From contig NC_092670.1 of NCBI RefSeq assembly GCF_964355755.1, positions 39,420,388-39,484,387 of the forward strand: a DNA stretch of 64,000 bases. Direction: 5' to 3'. The notes below the pieces were generated by a model. That model was not told the origin of the DNA. It did no database searches and saw only the letters and a list, made by a program, of their open reading frames with translations. Below are positions 13,337 to 25,737 of the stretch, one piece after another. How positions within the stretch are numbered: position 1 is the first letter of the stretch; each line of letters starts with the position of its first letter. A program made the translations under genes and the position numbers. Source of the DNA: Antedon mediterranea. Lineage: Eukaryota; Animalia; Echinodermata.

Positions 13337-13690
13337 TACCTGATCCCAGGCCACGAAATTGTTATTCCTCGACGTCTCAGACAGAAATCACGAATAATGC
13401 ATGAGATCTGCTTCCTAAATAGCCTACCTACTACCTAAATATACTACTAAACCTAACCCTCTAAATAATCAACTATTAAAATGAAAGAACTCGGAAACCG
13501 AGTGAAGTACTTGGCAAAATATTTCCACAGAGGGCGCATATTGTTATCGTGCTAAACAAGCAAAGCTAGTACTGCTGTACTATATTTGTTATAGCGCCCT
13601 CTCTAATGTCCTAATTTATCTCATGATTTCTGCGGCTGCCTCCTCGGACGTCGAGGAATAAAAATGTCGCGGCCAGGAGTATACTATCAG
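13337..13690. mobile_element. Non-autonomous TIR element
   Basis: Inverted arms ggccacgaaattgttattcctcgacgtc and gacgtcgaggaataaaaatgtcgcggcc around an AT-rich core. Superfamily not assignable. Confidence 0.6.
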
Positions 13691-15428
13691 CACTTCTCAT
13701 CCATCTGGCTGAGTCGGCCACTGCAGGAAAGTGGTTACATACACACATAATTATAATCATAATGTATGGTAACGTGTGATACAATACTTAGTAATTGATG
13801 TTTATAATTAGGAAGAGTTTGTTGTTCTGAAATTCCATTTTATATTCCTGAACCGTCATTGATTATTATAATTAAACCAAACTTTAAACTCGTTCTTTTT
13901 TTATACAATTTTTCCTTTCTGAACAACTCATTTATTCACTTTAAGCCTTGTTTATTCATTCGACATTAGTATACACTTTAAAATAAATCCTGGTGCAATT
14001 TTACCAGGAACTGGTACGTTAAATTGTCACCATGATGCCTGGGCCCAACCACAACATAAGTCTGGTTAATTTCACCAGAAAATCCCGGTAAGTTAAATCC
14101 AACGACTATCCTGGTGATAATAACCAGAATACAACGGTACTACTATACCAGGAAAGTCATAGTACTATTACTGGGTATTACTGTTCATATACTGGGCCGT
14201 GATATTTCTTCGTCCGTAAGTTGGGGAACCCTCGTGAAAAGTCATCAAGCCGCCTAGGTAGTCGATGGATTAAGCTTGTCCTGAATAGGGTTCGAATTTC
14301 ATGAGCAACTTCTTTTGAGAGAGAGATTATTAAAGGGTTGGTTATTGAAGATATATTTAGGATGTAGTTCACGTAAGGAGTCCCCAACTTATGATGTACG
14401 AACAATCACGATCGGGATCTTTTTTAGAATAGCGGATTCGCCGTTATATAATGGTATGATACTATGTTGATGGTGATAATGCCGACAATTGTGACCAGAG
14501 TGATGATTTTCATCATGATATTGGTGTTCTTTAAAACTTTCGAGTGCGTAATAATATTGTTATGATCCAACGCCTATATCGCGTAATGTATCAACAATGT
14601 GTGTATCGATTGCTTAACCAGAAAAAATACAAACAATTTAAATATCATTTAGAATTAGCTAAACCGAGATTATATCAACAATAAATAACATCGATTTTAA
14701 CACCTATCGACGTGAATGCCTTTTTGTATTACATTGGATTATAATCATTTCGCCCTTCGGATTCTTTTATGTGTCAATAATAATCGATAGTAATCAATAG
14801 GGTAAAATATTGTCATTTTTTCGAATTTGGGTTCCAGTATGGGAATGCTTAGATTCAAGAGGAATTTTAAATGGACATGCTAGTTGGTTCCTGTGAGGTG
14901 GATTGATAATGACCTTATTTCCGGTAAGTTTTTGTTATCAGTTTGATATTTAAAAAATTCTATCTTGCGCATTTTAAATTAGTTTGCGCGGAACGTGAAT
15001 CAGATGCGTATTACAGGAGCGTCATGTAACCAGCTTTTTTGCCCTCGGTGCAGTTAAGGGGAATTGGCCATTTTGCGCACAGATGATTTGAGGACATGTT
15101 GTTGCTTCTACATATATAAAACAAAACTATGATATACTAAGTTTATATCATACTTAGTTTTGTTAAAGAAAGCAAAATATACAATGTCTGCTGTCAGACA
15201 ATGATATTTTTGTTAAAATTAACCGTTTCTTTTGTCTTTTTAAAAGTGAAATAACTATTTTTGTTGATTTTTTTTCTATACAGAAGTGAATAACTTTATT
15301 TGCAAAATGGCCTACTCAATCTCATTTTATCTTTATTTTCATGTTTTTGGGACACAATACATCTTTAATGGTTCGAAATGGTACAAACATAAACGACTAG
15401 TATTTCTTTTTTATTTTACTTCCAGAAA

Positions 15429-18400
15429 ATGGACTCGGAAACGACTGACAAAGATGATAAACCGGATAATACGTCATTGAAAGGGGTCACTGACCGAACC
15501 AAAGAAGAGGACGAAGAGTACAAAGTTATACAGCTTTTTCGAGAAATAATCGCAAAGTTTTCAAGTGAAGATGATAAAAAGGAGGAAGGAGAAGCATCGA
15601 AAAATGATGACGTAACGATGTCAGACGATGTGTTAAGTCCTGATGGGTCAAGGGTCAACAGCCCTGTGCCTAACGTGGGAGGGGACGGGCAGTATGGGGT
15701 GGCCATGCCCGATGATAACACAATGGGACAAGATGAAACCGCTATTGATTCAGGTATGTTTTGTGTTCTCAATTTTAAATAGACGTGTCATAAGCTTTTA
15801 GAATAAAACAGTGTTCTGTTTAAGTGGGAGAGCCAATTCTTTTGAGTTTGACAAGTTTGACAAAAAAGTGTGATGTGGCCAAATATGGTAGTGATATTAC
15901 AACATAATTTTTTTTACATAAAGTTTGATACGGTGATACTGTGAGACAGAGTTTTACATGATTAAATATTATTCACTATCAAGGAACATATATTGTAAAA
16001 GAATGTCCCTTTCATTAACATATATTAACCATTTTTCGCAGAAATTAAACAAACGGAATACGTAATGCCCAATATTCTACCGGATAAAATATTAAACTTC
16101 CTGAAAGGTAGGCTTGGTGGTTTGCCGTTAGAGGTTATCCCCCCCCCCCCCCGCCGCACCTCCTATTTACCATGGAGGTATTGTTTTTATACCTCCATGG
16201 TTTTACTCACCAGTTGAAGCTTATCGCATCTGCACTCTCGGTGGTATTTTATTTCACCTTTCACCATATCTACGCTTTACTACCCAATCCATCCTTCACC
16301 CATTTTCCACATTTTTTGTATCATTCCGAATGCTTCCATTCCAATATTTTCTTATTTTAATAAAAGAAAAATGTTATTTTGTTGTTTTTTTGATAATCTG
16401 ATGATCAAGCATTTCAAGCAATCTTTGCGCGGCTGATGATTAAAGTTAGTGTGCTGTAATAATGTATGTGATACTTTGTGTGTATTCATGTAATTCACAC
16501 AACATCATACAGACCACCGTCATCATAGTCATCATCATTATCGTCTCATATTATAATGACTTAGTTTACGATTGTTTCAGCTGAAGATGGCGGAATTAGT
16601 CTAGTGTGCGTCATTTTAAACGCATCCATAATGCAACTAATATTCGGTGTAATATGCATCAGTCTTGGAATAGCGGCAATCGTCATCAAAATTCCCGCTT
16701 ACCACATTGGTGACCCAATCTGGACCGGATTTCTTGTACGTATACTTTTTGTATTAAACATTCAATGATTTATTGGACGAATGTCGCATTTCATGAAATT
16801 CAAATAAGATAACAATTCAGCTTGGTTGTCACTAGAGACGCAACACATGGAGACGTCATAAGCGCAACGTAAGTGATTTGGCCAATCACAAGCGATGGAT
16901 TATTCGAACTGTCGCTTGATTACGTTGCGTCTACGTCCTTGCGTTGCGTCCTAGTGTGGGTGGTAACCAAGCATTAGAAAGAAAATTCACTTAATGATTA
17001 GCATGAATAACCTAATTCTATTTTCCAGTTCTACGTAGTAACTGGACTAATTGGAGTTGTCACGTGGAGATTTCCAAAAGATGGATTGGTAAGGTCTTAA
17101 TAATTTAACATACTCTTTACCATACCGTGAGTGACGCGCGACACGAAAGCACGTTGGTGCGGGCATCCATGCGTCAACATCCGCGATCATCATTCGTATA
17201 CGCGCGTCATCATCATATGACGCTAATCGAATCAAACTGTGTGATATCATGATTGATAGGTATAAATTAGTCTTTTCTCCTTTATCCAAAGATGGTTTTA
17301 TATTTATGTTGCTTTACTATAGCCTAAGCCTGTTTTCCTCTAGGCGTCGAATTTGTGTGTGAATATTTTTCAATCTTGTGACGCGAACAAATGCGCTACC
17401 AATCAAAAATTCGCGCGAATGCATAGACCTATAGTGGAAAACAGGCCTTAAAGTTGTCTTTCTTTTCGGCGTTCTATAGGTTGCTTTTATTTAAGTGATG
17501 TCCATTGTCGCTCTACCTAGTAATGCCCTTCTTATCGGCGTTCCATAGGTTGTAAGCTATCTCGTTAATGCCCTTCTTATCGGTGTTCCATAGGTTGTGA
17601 GCTACCTAGTAATGTCCATCTTGTCGACGTTTGCTTCGATTCAATTGATGTCCATTGCGGCATTTTCTATGAGAATGGAAACTTTTTTCGACGGTGAAAA
17701 CAACAGTGGGAGCGCTGAGCAATTGATTCGATATCAACTATATGGTCAACAGATATCAGATAGCAATGCAGATGGGTTTTCAGTAAGTTTTTATAGATTT
17801 TTCAAAAGAGAGGATTTTACTTACAGTAGAGAAAGCGGACGCGGTATACGTCATCTTATGGCATAAGCTCTGTCTACACTATCAAACTAATTTGACCAAA
17901 AAAAAGTGCTATGTGCCCAAATATAGTAGTGATGTACCCAAATATGGTAGTGATATGACATCATTATCCATATATGGGCACATCACATAATGTTGTTGTC
18001 ACATAAAGTTTGATAATGTAGATAGAGCTTTACTTACCGGGGCGGATTGCAATAAAGGTCTTAACCGCGGTCTTAGACTTAAGCCTAGGCTTTATACCGC
18101 CCTCAATGGAGGTCTTAGAATAAAGCCTCTTGCAATATTAAGTCTAAGCCTACGAGAGGACGTTTCGCGGTTTTAGATTATAAGCCTCCTCGTAGCAGGC
18201 TCAGAATTCGTCGCGAAGACAAAAAAAATGGCGAACTTTATCGCGGTGCAAGACTATCTCGAGAGAATAGGTCGTATTTTTCGCGATAGATTGCATCCGC
18301 TTGATAAATATGATGACAACGAATTATATAGAAAATTTCGGTTCAACCGGCAAAGTATAATGACGCTCAGCGATAATCTAGCAATTGATTTGAATGTAAC

Positions 18401-21400
18401 GAATAGGAATAATGCAGTGCCACCGGTCCTCCAAGTGTGCACAGCAAGTGGGTCAATGCATAGCATTTCCGGCGATCTTTCTGGTAAGTATTAATATTAA
18501 TAATTAGCACAACTACAATAATAATATTGTTTAGTTTTTAGTGATAATAATGAAGGTATAAAATTAGTAAATTATAATTATTTATACCTAGGCCTAGCTA
18601 GACTATGACTATCGCGCCGGCGCTAGTTTACTCTTGCACCTAGCTTTACCCATTTAAAAACATTCACTCGCTGCACGGCGGCGGTATGGTGAGTGAGCGG
18701 AGTCAACAAGCCAACTAGTAAATAGGCTGGGATATGACCGGTTGGGCCGCCGACAAGTTGAGCCGCCGGTAATTTCTATGAAACGCCCAGTGCGTCTTTT
18801 ACGACATTTCGCGTAGTGATAGAGGGGTGTCCTAGTACATAAGTTCATGGTCTTTAGGTTTATTGTGTCATGAAAATAAATAATAATTACATACTACAAT
18901 TTTGTTGGTTTGAACCGCCATAACAACACAGCAAAGGAAAGTAGTCATATTTAATAATTTAATTGTTTTTAATCTTTCAAATCTTTCAAATTCTTTCAAG
19001 TGCAGTGCACTCCATAATATTTTTCTTGCGTAAAATCATGTTGTCTCTCAGGACTAATAGAGTATTGATACTCTTCGAATGAGGTTAAATAATAATTATT
19101 TTTTATCTACTATCTTTTAATATCATATTTTATTGAATTTTACAATGTTAATACACAAAATATTTTACTAAAAAACGGTGATTTTATGCAATTATTTTAC
19201 CGAAAAATGGAGTAGGCCTAGTTCATACAACTGCCGCCTAAGGGGGCAACATGTTTACGTCATTTTTGGATAAAAACGATCATTTTCGGTCATGTTTTAG
19301 GCCTTATATTTTGGAATCTACAAGTCAGATATTCATAATTATTTCTCTTTAATTATAATATTTAATAATATATACTAAAAACCGTGATATATAAACTTTG
19401 GAATATACATCGTTATATCTAATAATTAATATAAATAGAACTTCTATTAAATAGAAACGAGCACCGGCGAAAGTAAGCATTTGGCGTTTCATAGAAAATA
19501 ACGTTTTTCTGGCGGCGGCTCAACTTGTCGGCGGCTCAACTTGGCCTAATCCAAAATGCTGCTTGTTTTTTTTTTGTATCTTTTAAGTTTTAGTTTTTAA
19601 TAAAAATAAAATCATGGTAAAAATATCTATAATTTTGATATATAAATTAAGTTACATTTTTCTTTTTCTAAATAAAATTTACACATATTTATTCTCTATT
19701 ATCAATTGTTATTTAATACTCTTCAGGTTAATTCAAGATTATAAAATTTTGTATTCCTTTGTTTGTAGGAATTCATGAATCGACAGCTTGCCGAATTGTA
19801 AGGCAAGTTTCACTGGCCTTACAGAGACATATGAACGAGTATGTGTTTTTCCCGATGGATGCAGCAAGCATTAGGGAAACAAAAATTAAATTTCATGACA
19901 TATCTGGTTTCCCTAATGTCATTGGAGCGGTTGATGGCACTCATGTCCGGATACAAGCTCCAACAGTCGACGAATTTGTTTATGTGAACAGAAAAGGATA
20001 TCATAGCCTGAACATCCAAGTCGTCTGTGATGCAAACATGCGATTCACAAATTGTGTAGTGCGTTGGCCTGGTTCAACGCATGATTCCAGAATTTTTAGG
20101 CAGAGTGGTCTTGGTGTAGCATTTGAAAATGGTGAAATGCCAGAAGGATATTTGTTGGGGGATTCTGGGTATGCGTTACGGCCATTTCTGTTGACACCGT
20201 TTATAACGAACGAAGGTATAACAATGTACATTCCATAACAAGAAGTATTGTCGAGAGGACAATAGGTGCTTGGAAAAGGCGGTTTCAGTGCATGCACGAA
20301 GAAAACCGTATGCAGCCTCACAGAACCTGCGCTGTGGTAGCAGCAACAATGGTCCTTCATAATATGGCCCGTAATTTAGGTTTACCAGAAATTGAAAATG
20401 AAGAGGATATTGATATAGGGGATGCAGGGCAGCGCAATGAACACATTGAAGACAACAATGGACGTGCAATCAGGCAGATGGTTGCAAATGCGTCTGACGG
20501 AAATCCTTAGCAGTACCCAAAATGCAATGGGTACTGGCGGACAATTCAAACATTACTGCAGTGTACTGTAGTTCACAGGGTCAGCGTCTGTCAATCAAAT
20601 AACCATTATTTTGCATTTCAGCTAAAAGTTGCACAGCAATAACCGGTTAAATCAAAGGAACACTAAAATCAAAAAAGAAATTTATTCTGAAAGGCAGAAT
20701 TTCACAAAAAAACAAACTTCAAAACGGAAAATACAGATACAAAGTACAATTTCTACATCCGGTAACGAATAAAAATGTTGAAGATTGGATTCCCGTAGAA
20801 AACATTGCCACAAAGGAACGGGAAGAAACAAAGACATTAAGTAAACGAAAGAAATTGAGGGAAAAACTGTACATTCCATTAAGAGGTCATGATAAATTTA
20901 TTGAAAGGGATTTCTCTGAAAAGGGTATATCCTTAAGGTATAACCCACCTGGTAATGGGAATTGCCAGTTTGATTCAGTAAGGTTCGCGCTACAAGATTT
21001 AGGAATTTTCCGAACGGCCTACCAGCTATGTGCTGAAGTAGTTGGCCACCTTCGGGATAACCCCGATAATATAGACGGCATGCCTCTCGAACTGTTTGTC
21101 GGAATGCCGTGGTCCAATTATACGGACCAAATGGCAAACGCAGGAACGTATGGGGACCACATCACACTACAAACACTGTCGAATATATATAGTATTCAAA
21201 TAGTAGTTTTGTCTTCTTTGGGTTCTGATGCAAGAACTGTAATAAACCCTTTACATAGTTTTCCGTTTGGCACAATTCATCTTGGACACTATGGAGAGGA
21301 ACACGGCGAACACTATATTTGTGTGAGTGAACCCACTGACAATATTGAACAATCGCAAAAGGATTTATCCGATTCACAATCCAGTGACTTTGAGATTGAT

Positions 21401-24310
21401 GCCTCACCTCCGATATATCGAAGCTCGCTCAAAGATTCAGGTGAAGATAATATCTTTACACTACAATTAAATGAAAATGATCGTCAATCTACAGTTGGTA
21501 TTAACAATGTCCCTAATGAAATTCTTGAAAAAATAATTTCAATGGCAATATCTTCATCGGGTTATGATTGGCCTAGCCATGTTTGTAAATCTATTCTAGG
21601 CCTATATAAGAATAAAATCACCGTTATTATTTGATTTAACACTTAAAACTCGTTCAATTGGTTATCTTTGACGATAAATAATACGTAAAAGCAACAAAAA
21701 GAGAGGTTTAAGACTGTTTTAAGACTCCTTTGAGTAGGCTTTAATTTTAAAGACCGTTTACAGGTTAGACCGCGGTATAGCAATGGTCTATAATATAAGA
21801 CTACTTGCTACGTCACGAATTATAGCCGGCTAAGCGCTAAGACTGGTTATAGACCGCTTATAGCAATCCGCCCCTGGTCTCCTCTCTGAGCTAGACTATA
21901 AATAGTAGGCCTAGCCTAGCTAGAAAGGGTTAGGTTTGTTAGTAAGTTAAATTGCTCAGCCAAATTTGGAATTGAATCTACATAATTCATTAATCATTTA
22001 ATATAAACAATAACTGTATTCCACCCAGCAAGAAAAAAATAAAATACCTAAAATTAAAAATTCTACAATATGTTGATAGAATAATAAGCGAAGATACGTC
22101 GACTCGAAAAAATACCGGCTTCGTTCCACATGATTGACTTTCATGCTTTCGTTTATGAATATAGTACGCTGCAATTGCCTTTTTTTAAAAGCATTAACAA
22201 ATTTTTTTTCGAGAAATTATGCAACCTTAAAAACCGTATCATCACATTTCCGAAACACTATATACTACTAGTATAATTCGTTGTTTTCCATCTTTATATA
22301 TTCTCCGACTGTTGAACTTGTTGAAGTAGTAGGCCTCATACACCTTTGTCTGAAAAGGAAAGCATATAAATTATAATAAATATTATATAGTTTAGCCTAG
22401 TCCTAGGTATACTCTAGGCCCTACTATCGTATTACAGTATAATATAATGTGAAATATTATTAATTGGCCAGTCTATTATTATACTATAGGCCTATATACT
22501 CTTACAGGCTAGATAGTACATTTGCCGGCCGGATACACATGCAAAAGTGGAATTTAATCTTGAATGAAAGGTTAGGCCTACACTCATTAATTAGGCCCGC
22601 CTAGCTAGGCCACGGGCTGTATTATCTTATATGCAGTACAGTACTACTAATAATACTACTAGCTTTAGGCCTACTAGATAGAGAGGAGCCTAGGCCTAGA
22701 GTAAAGTAGTAGCAATAAACAATATAAAACTTACTACAGTAAATGTAATTAATATTCAGCCGTCAGTGGTATAAAAATGTGTTTCGATTTCGTTCTAATA
22801 TTTCGTTTACACACACCTCCTTATTAAAATCCACACGTGCAATGTACACGGTTGCGGGGTCTCATAAATATTCATAAATCATCCCTTGTTTGTAGTAAAT
22901 GGCGTGTTGTTATTGGTTGTTAGAAAAGTCATTTAATGATTGATAGCACTTTCTCGCGGAGTTTTACCCACGTGTTATTGTGTCTATAGCTTGAGGGCGT
23001 TTATCTATTTACGATAGCTTTTATTATTTTTGTACATACAAATAATGCCCTCAACGGTGGTAACTAGGGTTTTCTATCGGGCTTAGCTTAGACCGCGATA
23101 TTGCAATCGACTTTGCTGAGAGGCTTAGCTAAGACTTTCGCGAGGGGTCTTAGGCTTAGATCTAAGCCTAAGACAAAGTCTTTATATTGCAATCCGCCCC
23201 GTGTTCGAGTTGTTGAAGATCGGCGCTCGCGTACAAAAGCAGGCCTACAATCAATTCATTAGTAATTTAACGCACGTACGCGCGCGTACACGCAGAATAA
23301 ATGATGTGCTAAATGAGTCCTAATGACGATGTTATTTATGACGGTGGCTGCAACATTAATGCCAGAGCGTATTTATAATATTTATATCTTATTATATTAC
23401 GTATTTATAATTATTCATTTCAGAAATCTGAACGTTTGGCACTAGAGATTCTAATTTTCTTCATAGCTTTTGTAGAGACGGTATTCGTAATCATAATGGC
23501 AGTTGCTACGTGTAGTTTGTGGCCAACAAAATCCACAGTAAGTAAGATATATATCTTATGACGTTTCTTCGGTAATATGCCTACTTACTTGCCAAGTCCC
23601 CAAAAGTAAAATACCACCTGTAACAATATGTTAATTATACGTAGCCTAACTTGACAAACACATTGCCTAAAGCAGCTTGGTTCCTAGGACGCAGCGCAGG
23701 ACGTTGACGCAACGCAATCGAATTGACCAATCACACGTGACTGTTCGATTAATTTATCGCTTGTGATTAGTCAAATCACTGTGCGTTGCGCTAAGTCCTT
23801 GATTTTGCGTCCTAATGAGAACGAAGCTTTAAACAGTATAGCGTAACAGTATTATTGCATTGATTGCGGTGACGAAGAATGAATTACAGTATTGTTTAAT
23901 ACCAAGTGTAAGGGCAGGCCTAAGACTAAATCCCTGGTTAATTTAAAATTGAAGTTACTTGCCATATAGAGATATTAAGTTGTATCGTGTATTGTATTGT
24001 GTATAAAGCACTTTATGTGACCATGGAGAAATAAGGAACTTATTTCTCCATGATGTGACAAAATGCGATGTGACCATATGGACACGGTGACATCATATAA
24101 CTACCATATTTGGGGATATCACTACCATAGTTGGGCATAGCACAACTAGTTTGATAGTGAGACAGAGCTTTGTTGTTCTGTTCATAATAACATAATTTCG
24201 TTTTATTCCAGAACGAGAAAAAGGATGAAAATCATGCTGCTATTGATGATAAGAAAAATGATTTCGATTTAAAAGGCGACACCATAGAAAAACCAGCATT
24301 CATTTATTAG
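15429..24310 (+). CDS. MS4A/CD20-like four-transmembrane protein with long acidic N-terminus, 335 aa
   Basis: Exons 15429-15753, 16042-16107, 16581-16735, 17029-17088, 17594-17782, 23424-23537, 24212-24310, all phase-compatible. Four hydrophobic segments with CD20-family motifs QLIFG, GDPIWTGFLFYVVTGLIGV, YLVMSILS and ILIFFIAFVE. Confidence 0.82.
18228..20510 (+). pseudogene. Harbinger (HARBI1-like, DDE_Tnp_4) transposase pseudogene
   Basis: Exons 18228-18483 and 19769-20510. Motifs FRF, IGAVDGTHVRI, NRKGYHSLNIQVVCD, WPGSTHDSRIF, LLGDSGY. After a frameshift near 20205 the reading continues RRYNNVHSITRSIVERTIGAWKRRF...VLHN. The usual LRF/Y motif before SGS in exon 1 appears deleted. Confidence 0.92.
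18729..19552. mobile_element. Non-autonomous TIR element inserted in the transposase intron
   Basis: Left gccgccgacaagttgagccgccg...tttctatgaaacgcc is mirrored by ggcgtttcatagaaa...cggcggctcaacttgtcggcggc at 19483-19552. Confidence 0.75.
20651..21634 (+). pseudogene. Transposon-borne open frame: chromo/SH3-like segment + OTU-like cysteine protease + F-box-like motif, probably a 5'-truncated fragment
   Basis: Frame is open from 20651, upstream of the listed TTG start at 20855. OTU motifs PGNGNCQF (Cys), GTYGDHITL and HLGHYGEEHGEHY (His). INNVPNEILEKII resembles an F-box start. No in-frame ATG precedes the catalytic Cys. Confidence 0.75.
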
Positions 24311-24354
24311 TACAATTCAGGAAAGTTGTATTACAAAGAAAGTAGGGAAGTTAT

Positions 24355-24600
24355 AGGGTGGGGTGGGCCTGTGTATAGTGGCCTGTCGGTGGGCCTAGGT
24401 TATGTGGGTCGTTGTGGGGTGGGCCTGTGTATAGTGGCCTGTCGGTGGGCCTAGGTTATGTGGGTCTGTGTGGGGTGGGCATGTGTGGGGTGGGCATGTG
24501 TGGGGTGGGCATGTGTGGGGTGGGCCTGTGTGCGGTGCGCCTCGGTTATGTGGGCCTGTGTGTGGTGGGCCTCGGTTATGTGGGCCTGTGTGTGGTGGGA
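24355..24600. repeat. G/T-rich tandem repeat (tgtgtggggtgggca-type 15-mer and derivatives) downstream of the MS4A-like stop
   Basis: Read directly. It explains ORFs 24412..24612 and 24451..24645. Confidence 0.85.
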
Positions 24601-24900
24601 AGGTACCGGTAAGTGAAGAATAGCAGAAATTACTGTCATTAACACATCTGCTTTCTATTTTAAACGGGAACTTCTTTCTTCATAACGTTCTGAACATATG
24701 TATATAGTTTAAAACATTTGATCAAATTCATTTATGCAAACCAATTATCGATTACAATCGATAAATATCGATTAATCATTGATTGATTTAATTACTTAAT
24801 CGATTGATTTCGAAGTGGATAAACTTTTCGAATCGAAGAGATCATAAAGGAATTATTTTAATTCCTCCATGATCTGGGTACTACCGTGGTTCACCAATTA

Positions 24901-25080
24901 AGCTTGGTTCCCACTGGGACGTAACGCAAGGACGTAGACGCAACGCAAGTGAATTGACCAATCACAAGCGATGGCTTATTCGCTTGTGATTGCTAACTGT
25001 CCATAACTTCGCTTGTCATTGGCTAAAACGCTTGCGTTTCGTTTACGTCCTTGCGTTACGTTCTAGGTGGGAACCAAGCT
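24901..25080. mobile_element. MITE family 2, intact copy
   Basis: agcttggttcccac...gtgggaaccaagct flanked by TTA on both sides. Confidence 0.88.
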
Positions 25081-25737
25081 TTAGAGGTGAATAGTCATCG
25101 GTCAATGACGTCATTGATATGACACATGCATTCTCCCATATTCATACTACGTTTGTATGGAACGCCGTTTAAGCAACAATTCGATGCGTTTGCGTGATTA
25201 AACAAAAACATACACATTATCTGATAAAAAAGTAACCAATTAATTACATTTGTGCAATATTACTTTATTAAAAATAATGTGTTACCCATTATTTAACATT
25301 TTATGAAAAGTACTGTTAAATAAATTAAAACCCTTTGTGCAATATTACTTTATTGAAAATAAGTGTATTACCCGTTATCTAACACGCTATAAAAAGTTAC
25401 TGTTTATTAAATGAAAGAGATGTTAACGAATATTTTTAATTAGATTAAAGTTGCTAAACATGAGTGTACCTATGATATAAATATTATTTAAAAGTGATAC
25501 CAAGTCTGTGTATAGTACATACTGCATTATAGTATTTATAACTAATTATGTTGCGTTTATTTACCATTGTGCTATAAGATAAATGCATAAAATCATGAAG
25601 GCATAATTAATAATCAAATATTCGTCAATGATTAAAGCTGCTACTTAATGGAATGTTGTTTCTGAATGTTATAACCATGGGCCTACGAGGTCATAGGTCA
25701 TAACCACAGTAGTGCATAATTGTCTGCTTGTTTGCAT

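Larger units (their letters stand above)
18039..23200 (+). mobile_element. Defective PIF/Harbinger DNA transposon, composite, in intron 5 of the MS4A-like gene
   Basis: Left end GGGGCGGATTGCAATA at 18039. Inverted ends GCAATCCGCCCC finish at both 21874 and 23200. Subterminal gtctta/taagac repeats at all three ends. Contains a Harbinger transposase. Confidence 0.85.

Noticed and set aside
21877-23080. Search for the Harbinger Myb/SANT partner ORF between the two right ends
   Set aside because: Only short frames were found, with no Trp-spaced Myb pattern that I could recognise.
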